A DNA stretch of 64,000 nucleotides from Haliotis rubra (lineage: Eukaryota): contig NW_025767111.1 of assembly GCF_003918875.1 (NCBI RefSeq), positions 806,001-870,000 on the forward strand, given 5' to 3'. The notes under the pieces were generated by a model, which did no database searches, was not told the origin of the DNA, and was given only the letters and a program-made list of their open reading frames with translations. Every line of letters begins with the position of its first letter. Positions within the stretch are counted from its first letter, which is position 1. This document shows, one piece after another, positions 34,802-47,042 of the stretch. The position numbers and the translations under genes were made by a program.

Positions 34802-35392
34802 ATGAAAACGAACGCTGTGCTGGTAAAATAGCCTGAGATTTTACACTGTGTAGAATTTTCTCAACTTTTCAGACATTCATTCGTCTATTCGTAGTATGCA
34901 TATGGTCAATAATGTTAGAATATACATGGTAAAAGGTAAAAATATATAGGAAATTAAAATTGATACATTACAATGCTTTGATACATTCATACCAAATTGT
35001 TAAAGTTTCCGTACAGCGTGACGCCATGACCGGGTGTGATGTCATACGTCAGCATTGTTGTACATATTTGGTGAATTCTTTGAGGTGAAGGTCGGTTGAA
35101 TAGGCGTAAATACAATAATCCTATCCTTCTGTTTATAGTTTCAATATTATTACGTATAATTAAATTTGCTGTCTTTACTTAGGTTTTCAGGATACTGATT
35201 TCATTATCTACATTGTGCCTTATTCAATATCATATCATACGTAGATGATTACTATAAGTTATTTTTATCCATTTGAGGTTTTGTTTGTTAGAACAATATT
35301 TACACACGAAATTGACATATTTAGCATAGAACGCCATACTTTGAACCTTTACACAAGTGTCAGAAGACAAAAGACATAGCTGCAGAATGTAC

Positions 35393-35590
35393 GTGAGTGA
35401 GTTTATTCTTATGCGGCACTCAGCAATATTCCCGCTACATGGAACCGGTCTGTAAATAATCTAGTCTTGACCAGACATTCCAGTGATCAACAGCATGAGC
35501 ATCTACCTACGCAATTAGGATACGATGACATGATCCAACCAGAGAGCATATAATTATTATAAGTCAGCGAGCCTGACCACCCGATCCCTT
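35393..35590 (-). mobile_element. SINE-like family B copy, partial
   Basis: Matches the family B body. Further fragments lie at ~35655-35730 (+), 39355-39480 (+), 39660-39700 (-) and 49340-49450 (-). Confidence 0.75.
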
Positions 35591-36529
35591 TGGCAAAATG
35601 TACGTAGTGCCTATGATGTGTAATGTTCAATATTGTAATTTCATGCCAATTATTGCATTGTCTGGTCCAGACGTGATTATTTGCAGACCGTTATTCATAT
35701 AACTGGAAATTTGCTGAGTGCGGCATAAAACAACACCACAAATATATTGAATATATAGAAAACAAGACGAGTATATCTCCAAACGTTTGTGACACGCGCG
35801 CACCCGGCGAATCATTAGACGTCATTGTCCATAAAATCATATTAAAAATATATGACCAATATATGACCAGGACAATTCCTTATACAAATGTGTGTATTTA
35901 ATAACAAATATTTATAACCAAAAACTTGTGTGTGTGTGTTTGATAAGAAATATTTATAACCAATAACTTTCCAAATGTAATATGGTCAGTTGTACTGTGA
36001 AGTTAAATCAATTTATTCTTAACATCGTATTACGCAACAAAGTGGTAAAGAGAACCAATATTTCTGATTTTGTTTATGCATTTAGAAGTTGAGTACAAAG
36101 TAAGGACAAGCTGTATGGATAAACAACTTTATTAGAATTAGGAGCTACGTTTCGTTTTCTGTGCTCTTTCTTTGTTTATCAAGATAAAATAATGACCCAT
36201 GTATAGTTCAAAAGAGATTATTTTCATGCAGAAATGTGTTAGTACTGAGAAATTACTTTATGCTGATTTTCTATTAGAGACATTTTAAGAAATTAGGTTG
36301 GAAAAGCGATGGTACGTGGTGTCGCCAACCCACCTGGCGACATACATCTACAAACAGAGGGAATCTGGAAACAGTAACCGCCGTTTCAGTTGCAAATAAA
36401 TAAGTTTCGTGTGGATACATACGGTTGTAACTAACACTTGGCATTTTGGAGTGAAAATCGCCCATGTGCCCACGGACGTACATACAGACATACATGTATA
36501 CATACAGACATGCACACATATACACCTAC

Positions 36530-36550
36530 CTGTTTCACCGGATTCGTCAT
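36530..36550 (-). CDS. ABCG2: Candidate alternative first coding exon (MTNPVKQ)
   Basis: acaATG, 7 codons, strong donor CAG|GTAGGT, phase 0. Confidence 0.5.
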
Positions 36551-37663
36551 TGTTTACCCTTGGCTCACCGCGCGCAAGTGACCAGCTAAAGTCACTATCA
36601 GAGACTATAGTCAGGAGACAGCCTGACAGACACTTGTCTTGTAACATGACAAGTGTTTTACGACTTTACATAAACCGCCTTACTCAACCTTATATATAAG
36701 TTTAAAAACTATTTTATGCGGCAATAGGTTAAAATAAACCTAGAAACAAAAGAATTAACATCCCAAGTGATTCCATGAAAGGGTGGTTTTCAACTGAAAA
36801 TTATTCTTAATTAGCGATATTTATATCCAAAAAATGAATTGTACAGGCGCTTAGTCACCAAATTAAGAATACTTCTTTTATTTCTGAAATATCATTATAT
36901 TTAAAAGTGTTAAATATTTTCTAAAAATTCCATAATCCATAACTGTTGATGGACATCTTAATCATCGTCTAGTGAACAATAAATTTGATCGTTTTCGGCA
37001 CAAATGTCCAACACTTCCAATATGGTGTGGGTAATGTGCACATGGTTCTAAACCAAATCTTTGCTGAACCAATATATTCCTACACAAAATTACCCAGCCG
37101 CAGATTACATTTTATACGAATGAGTGTTAGTTATATACAAATATACATTAAAATAAAGCTCTTTCAATTTACCACAAAAAAATTTAAAAAAATAAATAAA
37201 AGACAAAACATAAAACCTTGGTACAGATCAACCCCCTGTTACAGAAAATGAAATGTTTAACAAAACTGGTTGTTAATTCATTACATTTTCCGTGTTGACG
37301 TCAGATTTCACATGTCACTATGAATAAACTGTCGTTGGAGACCCCCACGGTATGTTATACATATTTTGACCTCTGACCTATATATAGCCTCAAATGTACA
37401 GCCGTGCTGCGTTGTGTAACCGACAGCTACAGAATATTTGCATGCAAATGTCGTTTATTAAGGCGATATATATGCAGAGTCGATAACTTTCATTTGGCCA
37501 GAATATGAAACGTGACCCGTGTGCATATAATAAATAGCCTATATATTAGTATACAGACCGGGTCAACTAAAGTGGCTTGAAGTGACAAGTGCCTCACTCC
37601 AGTTATAATGTAGGCGCTCGAGTTATAAGGTAGTGTTTTCATATGGGACATAGCAATAGTGAC

Positions 37664-38090
37664 GCTGAAGGGGTCGTTGTCGGCACGGGTACTACAGATA
37701 TGTACCCCAGGTACGTTGCTGTATACAGAAACGTACCCTGGCCATAATGAGAATACAGAAACGTACCCTAGGACGATTCCATTCCCATTGTGTCGTATTC
37801 TTGATCGGTACTGTCATGCTGTTGTATTAGATACATTTGATTGCGTTATGTAAGTAATGAGAATACACAGTAACGGATATTTCGCGATGCATATGAATAC
37901 CACTCGCAATCAGTTGAACGGGAAAAACTACATATGGTTTCGGTTTTGGATCACGGAATATGGACTCGTCCGCCTTTTAGGGTACCGGGTACGTTTCTGT
38001 ATTTTGACTTTGTTTAGGGTACATATCTGTATACAGAAACGTACCTGGGGTACATATCTGTAGTACCTGTGCCGACAACAACCCTGCAGC
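37664..38090. mobile_element. MITE with long TIRs and 9-bp TSD (MULE-like)
   Basis: GCTGAAGGGGTCGTTGTCGGCACGGGTACTACAGATATGTACCCCAGGTACG... mirrored at ~38015-38090; TSD AATAGTGAC/TATAGTGAC. Confidence 0.85.
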
Positions 38091-38224
38091 TATAGTGACG
38101 GGATCAAGTGTGAATTGATAAACGTTTTAAGTTCAAAGTCCAAATGAGTTGTTATTCAAAAGCATATATATTATTAACATTGTTATAGCACCAAATTCGA
38201 ACGCAAGCAGTTCGTTATTCACAT

Positions 38225-38870
38225 TACATAACTACAATTTATGATAAAGGTCAACTTCCCTCAGGTAGTTAACAATGCGATGCCCGCTCACGCGGGAAAA
38301 CAGATCTTTCAGATTTGCCGCCTCATAATGTGAGTCCCTTGCAGTCGAAAAGTCCGCACAGTCCGCACAGTCAAGCAGAATACGCTTGATGGTGAACACT
38401 TCACCGCAAGAGACAGACACACATGGGGGGTCCATCGCCATCAGTTTTCAGCAGATAGTCATGAGTGAACCGACTGTGGCCAATACGACATCGTCGTAAA
38501 ATTACCTCATCTCGTCTTGACTGACAACCCACGTAGGTATAACCAGAGACCATATACATGTAATATGGTCTCTGGTATAACCAATTGTTAGCTTCAATTC
38601 ATGAAGTTTATTTCTTCCTACTTGGGTGTCCCACCTTTTTTGCATAAGGTCCCGAGTATAACTTTTGATAGTGGGTTTGAAATCACTGCACGGGATCAGC
38701 AGTGGAGATAAGGGCTTGTCAAGAGCTGCTTCAGCTGCAGCATCGGCCTTTGTGTTGCCCGCTATGCCGACGTGACCCGGTAACCAGCAGAGGATGATGT
38801 CACATTGGCCAGTAGAAAGGTCGTTGTAAAGTTCTAAAATGCCTAGGATAGGGTGACTTGAAGTAACATT
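38225..38870 (-). mobile_element. 3' fragment of an RNase H-containing (I-group-like) non-LTR retrotransposon
   Basis: DIILCWLPGHVGIAGNTKADAAA...EVILRRCRIGHSRFTHDYLL...FTIKRILLDC...YLREVDLYHKL*. Confidence 0.85.
38544..38574. mobile_element. 31-bp micro-element with 7-bp TSD
   Basis: CAGAGACCATAT-ACATGTA-ATATGGTCTCTG flanked by GTATAAC on both sides. Confidence 0.8.
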
Positions 38871-39948
38871 TACGTGTTATTGAGTAGCGTAATGGTGCCG
38901 TGTACAACACACGCGTACAATAACGCATAGTTTCTGAAAATATGTAATTTTTATAAAAACAAATTTAAATTTAAAAGAAGCGAGTGCAGAATGGGAGATC
39001 TGAACCTGAGGGAAATCTAGACGCTTATTTAACGATGTTGTATTGCAGTAAGGGTACGGTGGAAGGGAAAATAATATGGTTCAGCGACTGTGAGGCAGGC
39101 TAAGGTCAGACGTTATTTCACGATATGCAAGTATACTACGTGCGCTTCTTTTACTTTGACTTTCGTATAGTGGAAAAGCACAACGAATCGTTGCTCTTCT
39201 TTTCAGTGACCAAAAAAAGAAACAACAAAACTGATGGGGGCACTCTATCTGCCATGCAATGTAAGTATACTTATATGTAACTGAATCTACACGGTGAGAC
39301 TGTCGAATTGTACACAAATGTTGGCAGACTGTAAAATTGCATACGTTTACAGATATTCACATGTCATCGTATCCGCATTGCGTAGATAGATGCTCATGCT
39401 GTTGATCACTGGTTTGTCTGGTCCGCCATACAGCTGGAATACTACTGAGTGCGGCGTTTACCAACAACCAACCAACCAACATATATTCACAACCCATAAT
39501 CCCCTGGATGCGCCAAAGACCTATGACTTATGTTAAAATCTATGGGTTTGTCTGTATCATACCTGTTCGTGGTTTTCACCACACTTCTTACCAAGAAATA
39601 CCTATGATTGATGTTAGAATCTGTGGGTTAGTCTGTACCATGCCTCTGTTTTTCCCAGGTGTTCGCCACACCTCTTACGACAAGCATGGGTTCTTGAAAA
39701 TCATTTCTAACACGAGTTAGCTGATCACAAGCAAGCACGCACACGAGATGTCGCTCGTTCATACGAGTTAGAGTAGACCAAGGTTTAGTTAATATGACTA
39801 AATACATTGAAAACGTTATACACTCGAGCCCCCAACTCCAATCCTATTCTGTTTGGGTTAACTGCAACGTTTCCCTCAGGTAAGAAGAATCAGGTAAGGA
39901 ATGAACTGATGCTTTCAAACTTCTGTGGAATAGGCCAAAAGTACGGCA

Positions 39949-40310
39949 TGTGTACACGTAACAGAAACAGTACGGTAAGCGTGTGTACACGTAACAGAAA
40001 CAGTACGGTAAGCGTGTGTATAAGTAACAGAAACAGTACGATAAGCGTGTGTACAAGTAACAGAAACAGTACGATAAGCGTGTGTACACGTTACAGGTAC
40101 AGTACGGTAAGCGTATGTACACGTAACAGATACAGTACGGTAAGCGTATGTACACGTAACAGATACAGTACGGTAAGCGTGTGTACACGTGACAGGTACA
40201 GTACGGTAAGCGTGTGTACACGTAACAGGTACAGTACGGTAAGCGTGTGTACACGTAACAGATACAGTACGGTAAGCGTGTGTACATATTACATACACTA
40301 CGGTAAGCAT
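39949..40310. repeat. 33-bp minisatellite, ~11 copies
   Basis: Unit GTGTACACGTAACAGAAACAGTACGGTAAGCGT. Confidence 0.95.
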
Positions 40311-40784
40311 TTACGTGCATGACATACTACGTGTTTACACACTACAGTAGTTTATCTGTTGCGTACAATGGTGTTTGCGGCATTGTGTGTCTGTCTTCAC
40401 GTAGTAAATCGATGCTCATGATTTCTATCATTGAACTGTCTCGGTATTTGTAGACTTTACACACCATGGTAATAACGTGTTCACGTAACAGCTATAGTCG
40501 GTACTATATCACGTGTAGACGTGACATTTACTGTAGGTAAGCATTTACAATTCGGTAATAATGTACACATATCTGTATCCGATATAACAAAGTAATGACG
40601 GCCACGAGGCGACGATGTACCGGAGACAATGTGCGGGTGATGTGTATTGTCTCTGCTTGTACATTTCAAATCAATGATTAAGCTCCCGACACGAGAACAT
40701 GTCATAGTGGAAATGACACTATTCGCTCTCGTAGGTCAAAGTTTTACTTTGTATTCTATGTCAATTTCGCCGCGTGAGTCACAC

Positions 40785-40816
40785 CAGAGACCATATAATC
40801 TATTATATGGTCTCTG
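40785..40816. mobile_element. 32-bp micro-element with 7-bp TSD
   Basis: CAGAGACCATATAATCTATTATATGGTCTCTG flanked by GTCACAC on both sides. Confidence 0.8.
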
Positions 40817-42215
40817 GTCACACAAACTGGCGAATTGTAACTCGTCTCTTATGTCATCGCCATCAGTTTTTATACTTGCTATAAGCTGTTGTCATATTGA
40901 GGTTTTTGAAATCAGCTGTGTACTTTCAAATACTTGTATATGTTTTTGACGAACACGTATTCACGTCATGCTTGTTCATGTTCGCATGAGTTTAATAATT
41001 TACTGTACAACTGCCATGTGCGTTCAACTATGTCGAACGAAAATGTATAGTTATTTCATTTATACAAAATTCTCACGTGTACTCTGCAAATCTGGTTTTA
41101 ATATGGGGGGCAGGTCCTTCATTTCCTGTTATGCAAGCATCTGATGTCGGGTCTGCTTCGTTACTCAACAAGTATCTAATGACCCCCACAGCTGGACCTG
41201 GCCTGCTTTGTCTCCGGGGGTTTCCGGGGGTCACACATGGGGCATGTCATGCTCTCCATTTCATCGCCACGAGATTTCCAAATAGACAGCTCATGTTTAA
41301 ACGAACATCTGTTGGGGGCACATTTATTGCCTACATTGGCTTTGCTCGTATAAGAATTTTAATGCACCTAAAGTAAACAAAGTGAAATCAGACAATCGTC
41401 GGTGTAGATCTGATTTAAACGTATCTCGTGACTGAATCAGTTTAATTAAATCTCGACGACATTTTGTGAGGTAAATATCTCACATCAACTCGCTTCGTGA
41501 ATGTTCACATGCCCTGAAACCATACCGCTCTATTAAAAACCACGACATGATGTGTACTCATGTAGTCCCACTGGCTTCTGGCTATGGTTCTATGGTTCTA
41601 TTTACTTGGTGAAATGTTTTACTGTATAACTGCCATGTGCGTTCAACAGTGTCGAACGAAATTTTATAGTTATTTCATTTGTACAAAATACTCAATCGAC
41701 GACACAAATTTAAAATATACCATTAGAACCGCATGCCAGTACTGCATGTCCCAGTCCATTCAGTTCCCATGATGACGACAGCGAGAGACCTAATAACCCT
41801 TGTATACGTCCAACATCACATACACTAGTAATAAATGTTTTGTTCACAGAGAATACATGCACGGGTTAATATTCTCGCCACATGCACACAGTTTGACGAG
41901 GTTATATACCATCTAACTTAATTATAAATCGACAATCGTCGGGATTCAACATTTCCTAACGTATTTTACCCTCAGGAAACAGTTAAGCATGACTGCATTC
42001 CTCAGCTAAACTTCTTGTCAGATATTTGTCAATCAACTGTCTATACGATGTCAGGACAACTAATAGGTAACATAACCTCATTAGAAAAGTACCTAAACAA
42101 ACTATGCGAGTATTCATTGATCAGTAACACTACTTTAAGATATCTAAATTTGAATCAAGAATACGAATGAGCAAAGATAAGAGAAACAAAGAAATAGCCT
42201 CCCGAGTTAACTTAC

Positions 42216-42224
42216 GTCTGCCAT
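42216..42224 (-). CDS. ABCG2: Candidate distal first coding segment (MAD) at the end of a mostly 5'-UTR exon (~42216-42392)
   Basis: acaATGG Kozak context, in-frame upstream TAA, donor GTAAGT in phase 0; acceptor tttcacag at 42393; further GTAAGT donors at 42515 and ~42778. Confidence 0.5.
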
Positions 42225-43373
42225 TGTGAACGTCCTGAGTTATCTGAGAAGGACAATGGTAGTAAGGGGAGGCAACTCGAGCTGCCATAAACACACGTGG
42301 TGCAACCACCTGCTGTGGGAAGGCCTTCACTGGGAAACAGTTTTCTGACATCGCCATGCACCACCAGATACAATACAGTATCCGGGTGACGCCTGTGAAA
42401 CAAATTATGGCACCTGTATAAAAAATGTAAAGACAAAAGATAAAATCTGTTTTACGCTCAAATGTAAGTAAATATTTTGAAGAATTTTTCATTTTATTCT
42501 TCTACATCAACTTACTCTGCATATACTTCTCTAGAAAGGGCATCTTGGGACTTTCTGTGTTGAATTTTACTTGACCAAGAGATTAGCGCAACAGCCAGAG
42601 AAGACTTGCTCCAAAACTTGAGGTGGTGTTCCGGATACTTTAGGCCCGCGCATATACGTATTACAGTATCTATATCCTTGATGGTAAGCAGGTTCACCAA
42701 ATATACATTAATATTGCTTGCCGCCTAGTAAAGCCCAATACACTATTTCACGAAGAGAGTGGAACTACATTTACTTACGTAACGTAATTACAAGCACCAT
42801 TCTTGTCGCACCTTGTACATAATAATGCGTGAGTTATATTTCGTACTAATTTTACAAGTAGTGTATTTCCAATGCGTCGGCGAGTGTATACACTAGTTGA
42901 GTTTCGAGTTTCCTAACAATAGTGACTCACACACACGAATCTCTCCCAATGTCCACGTCATAATCTAGTTGTTGAGGCAAACAGGAACTTGTTGAAAACC
43001 GCGCCCCGAAGTTCAAACGGTTAACATGATAAGTATACTTGGCCATGTCATTTCCGAGATAACTCTGTGGGTTTTAGTTTTTGGGTCCAAATTCAACTGA
43101 GCGCGTTTAAATCTACAGGTAATGTGTCTCTTCATTGAAAACCACTATATACTTTTGATTCTAAACAGAATGGAAATACACACCATGTGTCTTTGGTTTT
43201 CATCTTTTGGTGAACGTGGTGTGTTATATATCGTCATCGTGGAAAACAATTCAATCGATTGTCACAAAAAAACATTATTTGTCCCAAATAGCCAACTGTT
43301 TCTGATATGTTTCTAAAGTACATTGGCTATCTCCTTCATTGTCCAGTATGCCAGTGACCAGCGAACATATGCT

Positions 43374-46300
43374 CAGGGTGGAAGCGCTGTCCACACGAAA
43401 TGTGGAGTTGCCCCCAAAGCAACTCCATTTCTTCGCTGGACAGTGAAAGAAGGACACGTGGCGCAAGAGTAAAGGTAGGTTTTTCCTCGCATTTTTATTA
43501 TTTTGCAAGTATATCACCTTGTATATCAGGTTTTGCCATTTGGCAGACGGGTCTAGAAAGTTACAGATCTTTCTGTAATAGCTTGACACCCTCTGTATTT
43601 ATTACAATTGCGCGTTAAGCGAGGGCACCCTCGTGAGTGTCGAAACAAGATCGCGGAAAATGATCGTTTCAAAACGAAATATTACAACCTCATCAGCAGA
43701 CACACCATTCGCAGTTTAGGCTTTAATGCGTCAGTATTTTTTCAATGATCGTCGAAAAATCAATCTGTACATTCTATATGGAGTTGCTCAGGTTTAGCAA
43801 ACAAACTGTCCATTGCGTTGTGATTTTACTGTCCAGGAGTTGACAGTTTATAGTTTTAACCGTCAGGTGATCAAACGTTATTCTAGAGATATTTGTTGTG
43901 AAGAAAAATGTTTGGTTACTGCCTACCTGGCGTATTTATTACGATTTTTTATCTTCAAGTACGATTGTACACCCTCACTGCATTTTGTACCCAGTCTGGA
44001 ATTTATTGGATGCAAACCTATAAAAACACATAGTAATTTGTTTTAAAAAAACATTCATTCATTTCACTTCATCTTTACATGTCAGCGTAAACACGACATG
44101 AAAACGAAGCTAAACAAGAGTGACCTCCCTTTCAAGTCACTTTCACAACCGAAAGTTAATTTATTCAAAAAACGTGACCGTCATGTATGTTCATTGATGA
44201 TAGATATAGATCAAGTACTTCGGTAGATGTCGTGAAAATACAAAGTAATCTGATTGGCTGATTTTCCCGGTCTTTATCGTCGCATTTTCCCGGTTTCTAC
44301 CCATCATATTCGATTGCTTCCCAACCAGTGGCATCATGGCGGAGCGTTCATCGGGCTCATATGGGCCATAGGATTCAAACATTTTACAAAATCATGTATG
44401 ATCAGAAGTGTATTAACAAATATACATCTACCCAGGGAATAACCAAGACCAGGTTTTTCCAAAGTATGTACATTGTTCATACTATCATTCAAATATATTA
44501 TTGCACATTCGGGTAAAGCACATCACTAAGCATCTGAAAACCAAGGGACATCTAACCAATGTTGAATGTGCGAAATCAAATATAATAATGACTTCCTTTG
44601 TTCCCACCGGTGGCACCAACAGCGATATGGACAAGTCAATGGCAGTTGTAAAAAAAATAAAGGAGAAATCCAAACGGCACAATTTAATGAGAAAATGAAC
44701 TTGCCGATCTTATCTGCAGACCTCCTTACGAAGACAGTCAAAACTGTGTTGAAGTTGATTGATAAGCACCATTCTGGCATTCAGGAATATGTAAAATTTT
44801 CTTTCTTATAAAATAAGATTGTACACTTATGACACTTGAAAATACACTTTCAAACCACCATGAATACACTTTGCAGACAAAGGGGGTAGGCAGGTCTGTT
44901 ACTGTACATAGTCTGTGGTTAATATATGCATTAGTTTGATATGTTTAAGGTTTCAGGAAATGAATTTCGAAGTCACTGGACGAGTCGCCTATATCCTTCA
45001 ATACCAGTCGTTTGTTGTCAAGCAAACCGAAAAAAAAGAAGTAACAGGATGGAGACCGAAACAAAACATTGATCTTCCCACTTTCTCTATTGGGCACTGT
45101 GAAATCATACCAAGTTCTCAAGTCCGGAATCTTGGTGTAGTATTTGACTCATCTCTCTGCATGGAACCACATGTCAACAGTGTTTGTCGCAGCGCTTATT
45201 TCCACATTCGGAATATCGGCCTGATCCGCAGGTACCTTGACGAGAAAACAACGAGTGTTCTGGTGCAGGCGCATGTAACATCACGCATTGATTACTGCAA
45301 CTCGTTGCTCAGTGGTATTCCAAATCATGTGCTACACAAGCTACAGAGAGTCCAGAATTCAGCCGCAAGATTGATCAGCAGAACAAAGAAAATTGAACAC
45401 ATTACCCCTGTCATGTTAAATCTCCATTGGCTCCCAATCAAATTCAGAATCCAATACAAAGTATTGCTTCTGTATGTATGTATTTCACAATAGTCTCGTT
45501 TCCTGCTGACTGGGGTGCGTCCTATTGCGCAACTTAGTACAATAACCAGTTCAGAATTTTGAGACCAACTCATTCAACTGGATATATAAATATTAGTCAG
45601 TATTATTTGATACATCTAATCACTTGTATATTGGACACTACTCTCCTTCTAATCCGTACTCTGTCATACAACGTGCTCTGACAAACTGAAATCTGGAAAT
45701 CGTGGAAATCTCAAAACGAGGTTCGGCTGCGAGAAAAGTTTGGCGGTTTTGTACGGACTTGATATTATATCAATCACATTGTGTGTTACGAAAATACACT
45801 TAATACGCGCAAAGAACACATAACAGGTGTAACCGGTGAGCCAGATGAATTATGAAACATTTTTTACGACCTCATGAAACAGGGGCAGTCTGTGACGTCT
45901 TAGTTAACGTCATGCTGCCTACACCTCGCCATAAAATATAGAAATACGGTTTTATTAATGTTCATTTGTAAATACCAGTTTCTTATGAAACAAGGAACTG
46001 GAATTTAGTGTAACCATAGTTGTCTGTAGTGTCTCTTTTCACTTTCACACGAGAAAATTCAGATCGGCAGGAAAGTAGGTCATTGTCTGAATTGGTTCAT
46101 GAGAATCATGTTTCGGTTTGACCGCTGCCTTATACGCGGCAAGTTCTACAAGTCTTCATTTGGCCTCAGACTGTATGTTAAAAGGATCCTTCACAACAAC
46201 TACCGTTTCCATTGCCAAGTCTGTGGAAAAGGGTATCAAAAACTGTGGGATTTCAACAGTTAATGCTCTAAAATCCATGCAACTACATGGACAGTTACTT

Positions 46301-46766
46301 CAACGTAAACATTCAAAGCAATGGAGAGTTTAAAAACAACTCCATGTAAAATGTACAGTTTGACTTTTCGACGATAACTGAAATTACCAATGCATTAAAG
46401 CCAAAACTGTGAAAGAAGACCTAAAATCACTATATCTAAGAACTGACAGCAAAAAAAGGTGTGTCTGCTGATGAGGATGTCATTTCGTGTTGAAACGATA
46501 ATTTCCTTTCGACGCTCAGGAGGGTGCCCTCGCTTAACGCGCAATTGCAATAAATATAGAGGGTGTCAAGCTATTACAGAAAGATCTGTAGCTTTCTAGA
46601 TCCTTCTGCCAAATGACAAAACCTGATATACTTGCAAATTAATGCAAATGCGAGGGAAAACGTACCATAACTCTTGCGCCACGTGTTCTTCTTTCACTGT
46701 CAAGCGACGAAATGGAGTTGCTTTTTGGGCAACTCCACATTTCGTGTGGACAGCACTTCCACCCTG
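43374..46766. mobile_element. Non-autonomous DNA transposon with ~450-bp TIRs (CAGGG...CCCTG termini, hAT-like)
   Basis: 43374-~43830 is the diverged reverse complement of ~46265-46766; no transposase inside; TSD not clean. Confidence 0.85.
45065..45475 (+). mobile_element. L2/CR1-group LINE ORF2 fragment inside the long-TIR element
   Basis: VRNLGVVFDSSL...SRIDYCNSLLSG...LQRVQNSAARLI...HITPVMLNLHWLPIKFRIQYK. Confidence 0.88.
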
Positions 46767-47042
46767 TGATATGGCGTTTCCCTCAGTGTCCAACGTTATG
46801 TTGAAATGTAAATTAACCCGTCCTCACGTCGACGTAAGTTATTACCTTATGAATCAGTCATATGTATACATTATAAGGTCTGGGCCCATGTATTGAAGTA
46901 GCAGCATAACGATTCCAACATGTGTGGGTGGCTACAGTACAGACACAATACACTTGTATCAGGTCCACACAGAACTTCGTCATGTAAGTATTTGAGAATA
47001 AGGTAAGATACTTTATGGATGACAACTTCTTTGTTATATATA

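Noticed and set aside
44915-45493. 192-aa ORF as a host gene
   Set aside because: The sequence is an L2/CR1-type LINE ORF2 fragment
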